Assembly (NCBI RefSeq): GCF_000315625.1
Contig: NW_005434553.1
Coordinates: 1 to 38,376, forward strand
Direction: 5' to 3'
DNA: 38,376 nucleotides
Source of the DNA: Guillardia theta CCMP2712
Taxonomy: Eukaryota > Protista > Cryptophyta
Every line of letters starts with the position of its first letter. The stretch's first letter is position 1. Made by a program: the position numbers and the translations under genes. Shown here piece by piece: positions 32,388-38,376 of the stretch. The notes under the pieces are model-generated. The model worked only from the letters and a program-made list of their open reading frames with translations, made no database searches and had not been told where the DNA came from.

Positions 32388-35256
32388 ATGTCCAAACTCG
32401 ACAGGTCTGCAAAACATCATGGCTGGCGATGAGGTTGAGAGAATTGCTGAATGTGTTTGCGAAGGTGGCTGAACCGGTCGAAAGAAAGCCAGGCCGTGAG
32501 CTCAGAGCAAGGTTGTTCCAGTGATGATGTTGAGATGATGATGACGTCGTTGAAATGCTGTTGTTGCAGCTCCCGTGGATGTGAGAGGGAAGGGCCATCA
32601 AGGGATCAACGGGGTTCCGAGAGAGGAGCAGGTCAAGGAGGACAAGCTGTCTCGTTGGGTCGCGAGAAGTGCGAAGGTCAGTCTTACTGGCGGCAAGATG
32701 ATGGTGTGCGGGAAGGAGGGTAGAGGAGAGGAGTTGTTGTGTTGTCTGTGGGGACTGAAGGCTGTCTAATTGAATCACTGAAACATGCTGGCAGGAAGGG
32801 GAGAGGGAGCAGCATGCGGGAGGAGCGGTGGCAGGAGGAGTATCAGCGTGTTGTAACCTGATCAGGATCCTTGATGCAAGCGAACTGAAAATTGTAAGAG
32901 GAGAAGAACGGGCAGAGGAGACGAGACGAGACGAGACGAGACGAGACGAGACGAGACGAGACGAGACGAGACGAGAGGAAGGGAGGAAAGGGAGGACTGG
33001 GAGGAGGAGAAGAGATTGGCGATGGTGAAGTTGGGGTGTAGCAGTGAGCGGGAGGCAGTTGGAAGCGGAGAAAGTGGGATAGTGCTGAATATTTTCTAGG
33101 TGTACAACACCTTAGTTGAGACAATGCAAGGCAAACAGGCGAGACTCCTTACTCCCCTCTCCTCTCCCTCCCCTCCCCCTTGCCCTCCCTATCCCCCTTG
33201 CCCTCTCCCCTCCCCTCCTCCCCTCCCCTCTCCCCTCCCCTCTCTTCCGTCCAACTCCTTCTCCACCTCATGCCTTCTGATCTCATCCTCCTGGTTCAGA
33301 TTTCAATCCCCGCGCTCTCCGACGCGTCTCAGTCTCTCCCACCCCTCGTGTCTGTTGAGGAAATCAAAAGCCTCATGGGCAAGGAGCAGAAAGCGTTTCA
33401 GCGGCCCAAGGTGAAGCAGAAAGGAGCAGATGGGAGGTGGCATTGTTGGAGGAGTGGTCGGCAAGAAGACCAAGGAAGAGGAGAGGAGGGGAAGGAGGAG
33501 AAGTGAAAGGGGATGAAGATGGAGTTGAAGAGCAGGAAAGAGTGGAAGAGGGAGTACGGGGAGGGGTGAAGAGGAGTAGTGGGGAGGGAGAGGAAGAGAG
33601 GAGGAGGGAGAGGAGGAGGAGCTTTTGCAATCGAGTGCTAGGATTGTGCGATGATTAAAGGAGAGGAGAGTAGACCTCTTGTTGTACCAATCNNNNNNNN
33701 NNNNNNNNNNNNNNNNNNNNNNNNNNNNNNNNNNNNNNNNNNNNNNNNNNNNNNNNNNNNNNNNNNNNNNNNNNNNNNNNNNNNNNNNNNNNNNNNNNNN
33801 NNNNNNNNNNNNNNNNNNNNNNNNNNNNNNNNNNNNNNNNNNNNNNNNNNNNNNNNNNNNNNNNNNNNNNNNNNNNNNNNNNNNNNNNNNNNNNNNNNNN
33901 NNNNNNNNNNNNNNNNNNNNNNNNNNNNNNNNNNNNNNNNNNNNNNNNNNNNNNNNNNNNNNNNNNNNNNNNNNNNNNNNNNNNNNNNNNNNNNNNNNNN
34001 NNNNNNNNNNNNNNNNNNNNNNNNNNNNNNNNNNNNNNNNNNNNNNNNNNNNNNNNNNNNNNNNNNNNNNNNNNNNNNNNNNNNNNNNNNNNNNNNNNNN
34101 NNNNNNNNNNNNNNNNNNNNNNNNNNNNNNNNNNNNNNNNNNAGGAGAGGAGGAGGAGAGGAGAGGAGAGGAGAATGCGTTGTTGGAAAGTGACGGTAAA
34201 ATGTTCAGAGAGCGCGAGCTGAGATTGAGAAGGTACAAGAGATGCAGACCAAGCATGCGGAGGCACAACAAAAGCATCCGAAGCAACAAGACGGTCAGAA
34301 ATGATGTCGATGACGATGATGGTGTTGATGTTGTTGATGATGATGATGATGATGATGATGTTGTTGTTGTTGTTGTTTATGATGATTGTGGTGGTGATGG
34401 TGGTAAGGTTCTTGTTCTTGTTCTTGTTCTTGTTCCTGTTCTTTTTCTTGTTCTTTTTCTTGTTTTTTCACGATGATGATTATAGAGATGAGGATGAGGA
34501 GGAGGAGAGAGGATCTAACACGTGCGATGCCAGCGACTGCCGATAACCAACCAAAGAGCAAATTGGACAGATGGGTCAAGAAAGTACAGGTGATGGGAGG
34601 AGGCGAACGAGGAAGAAACATGAAAGTTGGCAGTGGAGGCAGAGATGATTTCAGGCATGCTTGTGTGTGTGTGACGGGGATTGTGAGGGAGAGGGAGAGG
34701 GAGGGCAGCAGCAGCAGCACCACCACCACCACCACCACCACCAACAACAACAACGACAACAACAAGATAAAGCTCACGATTGTTGGTGGAATCAGGATGG
34801 AAACTCGACGAGCAATGGCGCTGATGACACGAAGGCTTCCAAGTTGGATCGATGGCTCAAGAGGTCGCAAGGAGAGCAGAATGAAGGCGCACAGGAGGAG
34901 GGGAAAGCAGTCAAGGAGGAGAAGGTGGAGAGAGAACAACTGCCCCAAATGACTGTGGTGATTTTGAGCACTTTGTTGTTGTTGCTCTTCCTGTCTTTGA
35001 AGTTTGTTTGAGCAGCAAGAAGCTCTGAAGGGCGAAGATGCTCAACAGTTTGCACAAAGGTGAAGCTGCAGAGCCTTATTTCACTGCCTTTCTCTCTCCC
35101 CTCTCCTCTCCTCTCCTCTCCTCTCCTCTCCTCTCCCCTCCTCTCCTCTTCTCCCCTCTCCTCTCCTCTCCTCTCCTCTCCTCCTCTCACCCCCGATGCA
35201 GGCAGTCCGCTTTGCTCTCAAACTGCATGGCTGATGAGCCGGCCGACCCAACCTGA
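32388..35256 (+). CDS. Hypothetical multi-exon protein with four KL[D/S]RW motifs; spans a gap
   Basis: Exons read MSKLDR/WLNRSKESQ, ..EDKLSRWVARSAK, ..RILDASELKI/VYNTLVETMQGKQ/ISIPALS..QRPK, ..QPKSKLDRWVKKVQ, ..KASKLDRWLKRSQ..; upstream exons are possible. Confidence 0.6.
32919..32975. repeat. (GACGA)n pentamer repeat, intronic
   Basis: Directly visible. Confidence 0.9.
33693..34142. other. Assembly gap
   Basis: N run. Confidence 1.
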
Positions 35257-35549
35257 GACAGCCCGGTTCAGTTACACAAGAGGTTCCTTCACTTCCAACC
35301 CTTATAGTCAAATCATGAGCACAATAGTCAATTTATTCACTGTACTGACATCTCAGTGGCCCCGCCCGCGACCGGACCTCATCGGGTCCCGGGCCCCGGG
35401 TCACACGGCACTGAGGTCACGAGGGGGAAGAGGGCTTGAGTGTAATCCCGAACTAAAACTATATAACATAAAAGTGACCAGCACTATCAGACAAGAGCCT
35501 CGTACAAAAACGAAAAAGAGTCTTTTTCGCTTCTCACTTCCAGCATATC

Positions 35550-36560
35550 CGAAACCACCACCCACCCCTCTACTCCCCGTACTACTATTACCCGGTCAAC
35601 CCCCATCCCCCACCGTCTTTTCAGGGGAGGAGGAGGAGTACCTTGAATTCCGAGTGTCATGCACCGCCAGTCGTAACACCCCTAGGGTCATGGGGTGTAA
35701 AAGAGGGGACATGAGGGGGTGCGGGGATAGCACTTGTAGCGTGATCGATTTGAAGCCAGTCAAGAGGGGGTAGGGGGTCATCCCCTTGGTATGGGTGGTA
35801 GGGGTATGTACAAGTCGTTTTTGGCATTCCGATTTTCATTGACCACCGGTCCTAATGTTGTGAAACGAACATTCCAGAGGGGGTAAGGGGTCATCCCGGT
35901 CAGTACAGGAGGTAGGGGTGTTCCTCTTGTACAAGTTGTTTTTGGAATTCCGATTTTCATCGACCACCGGTCCTAAAGCCACTCCAATGTTCGTTCGTTC
36001 TCCAGGCCCCACCCCGGGTCCCCCTGTAGCTTCGGTCAACTCAGACAACCACCCCCTGTACCATATTTAATCACCCCACCCTTGTAGAGTCGTCAGAGGA
36101 AATATGCCGCTGGTAACCCTACCCCCTGTAACTCCCACACCCTGAACGTCAGACCTTCGGGAACCCACCCCCACCTCCATGATATCAGTTTCTTGCTTAC
36201 TTTACTTCCGAAAAAAATAATTAAAATACTTTTAAAGAACCCCACCCCAGGATTCAGCTTTACCGCGGCTACCACCACGACAAGCGGAATAAAATGACCC
36301 CCACCCCTGCAATGAAACTTAGCACCCCCTATGATGCGTAGTCGAGAATATCTGCTCCTCTTGACCCTACCCTTTGATTCATCACCCACCTTTTTCCCCA
36401 TTCTATGCGGATATCAACAGGGTCACTGAGGGGGGTTGTGTACCCCCTACCCCTCTTTTTACAATTACACCGAGCATACCCACCCTTTATTTTGAGGGGG
36501 TCATGAAGATTCTCACCACCCACCTCCCGAACCCTACCCCCTCAGTTTGTGACCCCATGC
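35550..36560. repeat. GGGGTA/TACCCC-rich putative dispersed element containing a ~95-bp direct repeat (35763-35855 and 35876-35976)
   Basis: Both copies share GTACAAGT.GTTTTTGG.ATTCCGATTTTCAT.GACCACCGGTCCTAA. Confidence 0.6.
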
Positions 36561-36899
36561 CACAAGGTGCTGATGCGCGGAAAGTTACACCAGCGGTAGA
36601 GGAGCGAGTTGGCGAAGGAGGGAGACTTGCGAACAAGAGACATGGAGGAAGAGAGAAACGAGGGGAGGAGAGAGGAGGAGGAGTTAAGAATGAGGAAGAA
36701 GAGGAGGAGAGGAAGGATGAATACAAAGGATCGGCGCATGATTGCATGTTGGTTGGTTGTAAGCAAGTTTGACACTTTGCCTTGCAGACCTCTTCAGATC
36801 CGCTCATTCGGCAAACTTAGGGGAACCAAGAGAGGACTGAAGCTCAGCATTGTTCGAAGCCTCCAGTGTCCATACTTGCATACTCAAACAAACTGGATC

Positions 36900-38161
36900 A
36901 TGGTAAGGCCATCCGCGTCGGAGGAGAATCGAAACATCGCTCTGAGCTTCGCCAAGATGGTGCGCACCATTGCTTCCACCAGTTTGTCGCCTCCTCGACC
37001 CTGACTGGATGCCTGCAGATCACGACGCCGACTGAAGACATGACAGAGAAGAGCGTGGTCCTGCGATCAGGGAGCTGGTCGATCTACAGCGCGCTGTCGG
37101 AATGCTGCCCATGGACCATTCGCAATCACGACCCCGTCACGGGGCGGTGTGGGTTAACGGAGATCGAGTTCAACAAGACTCTGGAGAAGAATGGCTTCAA
37201 GAAGATCAGAGACAGGAGCTCTAGCTTCAAGTGGTTGGAGCAGATCGAGGAGGTGGACATGAAGAGTAAGCTTGCCCTGAAAGCTTTGTTCTGGTTGTCC
37301 TAACGTGTCGTTGCAGACGCCAGGTACTTCTTTGCCGGAAGACGGTGGAAGAATCCAGACATTCACTCGGAGTACCTGGAGCTGAAGGAAGGATGGGAGT
37401 CGATCCGAGCGTCCTGCCCTTACGCACACCTTCCTCTGGGGGGGAGGTGCTCCTTTCAGAACCTAGTGTCCGTTTGTCGCAAGTTTCACAACGGCTGGAA
37501 CTGCATCATCCGCTGCGTTCAGCGACCGTTGAAGAGGAAAATTCCTGGTCTCCTATCAAGCTGCGGCGAGCAGGGGAAGAGAGCGCGGAAGGGATGTGGA
37601 GGCAGGCAGGGCAGGAAGGCAAGCTGTGGGAGCTTGTTCTTGCAGGACCCGCCATGTTTGCGAGCGCTGGAGCAGGGGGAGTCAAGCTCTACAGACTTGG
37701 GGGGAAGGAGCCAGGCATTGAAGGTCGAATCCTGCTTCGCTCTTGCAGACAGCTTCGTTGTCCACGAGGTGAGGAGAGATTGCGAAGTGAAGGCAGGGGT
37801 TGACGTCCGGCAGGAGGAGGAGAAGGTGGACTCTTGCCCTGCTCACCGGACGACGAGTCTGGTCACAACGTTGATGTCGGAGCCTACGAGTAGCTCTCAG
37901 AGCTTTCATGTCGACCAGGAAGATTGTTTGAGCTTGATCCGCTGCGATGCGGACGAGGATAAGGTGAATGTCTGCTTTGACAGCATCCTCCACTCGAGCC
38001 TCGCGTCCTACTTCTTGGCGGGACAGCAAGATGTAGAGAACTTTGTGGAGGAGATCGGAGAGGACCTGAAGGAGAAGAGGGGAACGATGAACATTGCTCT
38101 TGCGAGCGACGAGGCGATGCTGCCGCTAGACTCCACGTCGTTCTTGCAGAGCTGGCTATGA
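36900..38161 (+). CDS. Hypothetical protein (3 exons) with a possible winged-helix DNA-binding domain
   Basis: MVRPSASEENRNIALSFAKM/ITTPT..SIYSALSECCP..LTEIEFNKTLEKNGFKKIRDR..DMK/NARYFFAGRRWKNPD.. joins the 37466-38161 frame; introns at about 36960-37018 and 37266-37316. Confidence 0.7.
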
Positions 38162-38376
38162 GGACGAGAGTTGTCACATTTTTGGTTGTACAACGTGCTC
38201 GTCTCGCCTTGTTTGCATAGCAACATAACACCAGGCCTTAAGAAACATTCATCGGGCTTCTATGACACAGAATGAATAAAATTTCCTCCTCCACTCACAC
38301 ATCCCCTCACTCACTCACTCACATCCCTTCCTTTCTATCCCATGCCTCCCTCCCCTCCTCTCCTCTCCTATCTCTC

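Noticed and set aside
35550-36560. Interstitial telomeric repeats
   Set aside because: The G-tracts are irregular and not tandem telomere units

Overview
This is eukaryotic nuclear DNA, not prokaryotic. The ~45-55 nt GT-AG introns with CTGAC-like branch points, microsatellite-inflated introns, RWP-RK genes and cilia gene suggest a cryptophyte such as Guillardia theta (inference). There are four assembly gaps. Most long ORFs in the track are repeat artefacts, so real genes were reconstructed by manual splicing. Recognisable genes, left to right: the 5' part of a CFAP57/WDR65-like WD40 gene (-); a ~7.6 kb gene for a giant extracellular-type protein with Cys-rich repeat cassettes, a C-type lectin domain, two PA14 domains and two copies of an unnamed ~105-aa domain (-); a CgeB-like glycosyltransferase fragment (+); two convergent RWP-RK genes forming a 390-bp-arm inverted repeat; a PIMT-like methyltransferase with a signal-peptide-like leader (+); and frataxin (+). 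Uncharacterised genes include an intronless 419-aa orphan, a signal-anchor protein, a cryptic 12-exon gene, a protein with four KL[D/S]RW motifs and a possible divergent RFX/D5-like winged-helix protein. Intergenic DNA carries GC-rich quasi-palindromic tracts with a recurrent AACTTCCGAA motif and GGGGTA-rich dispersed repeats.
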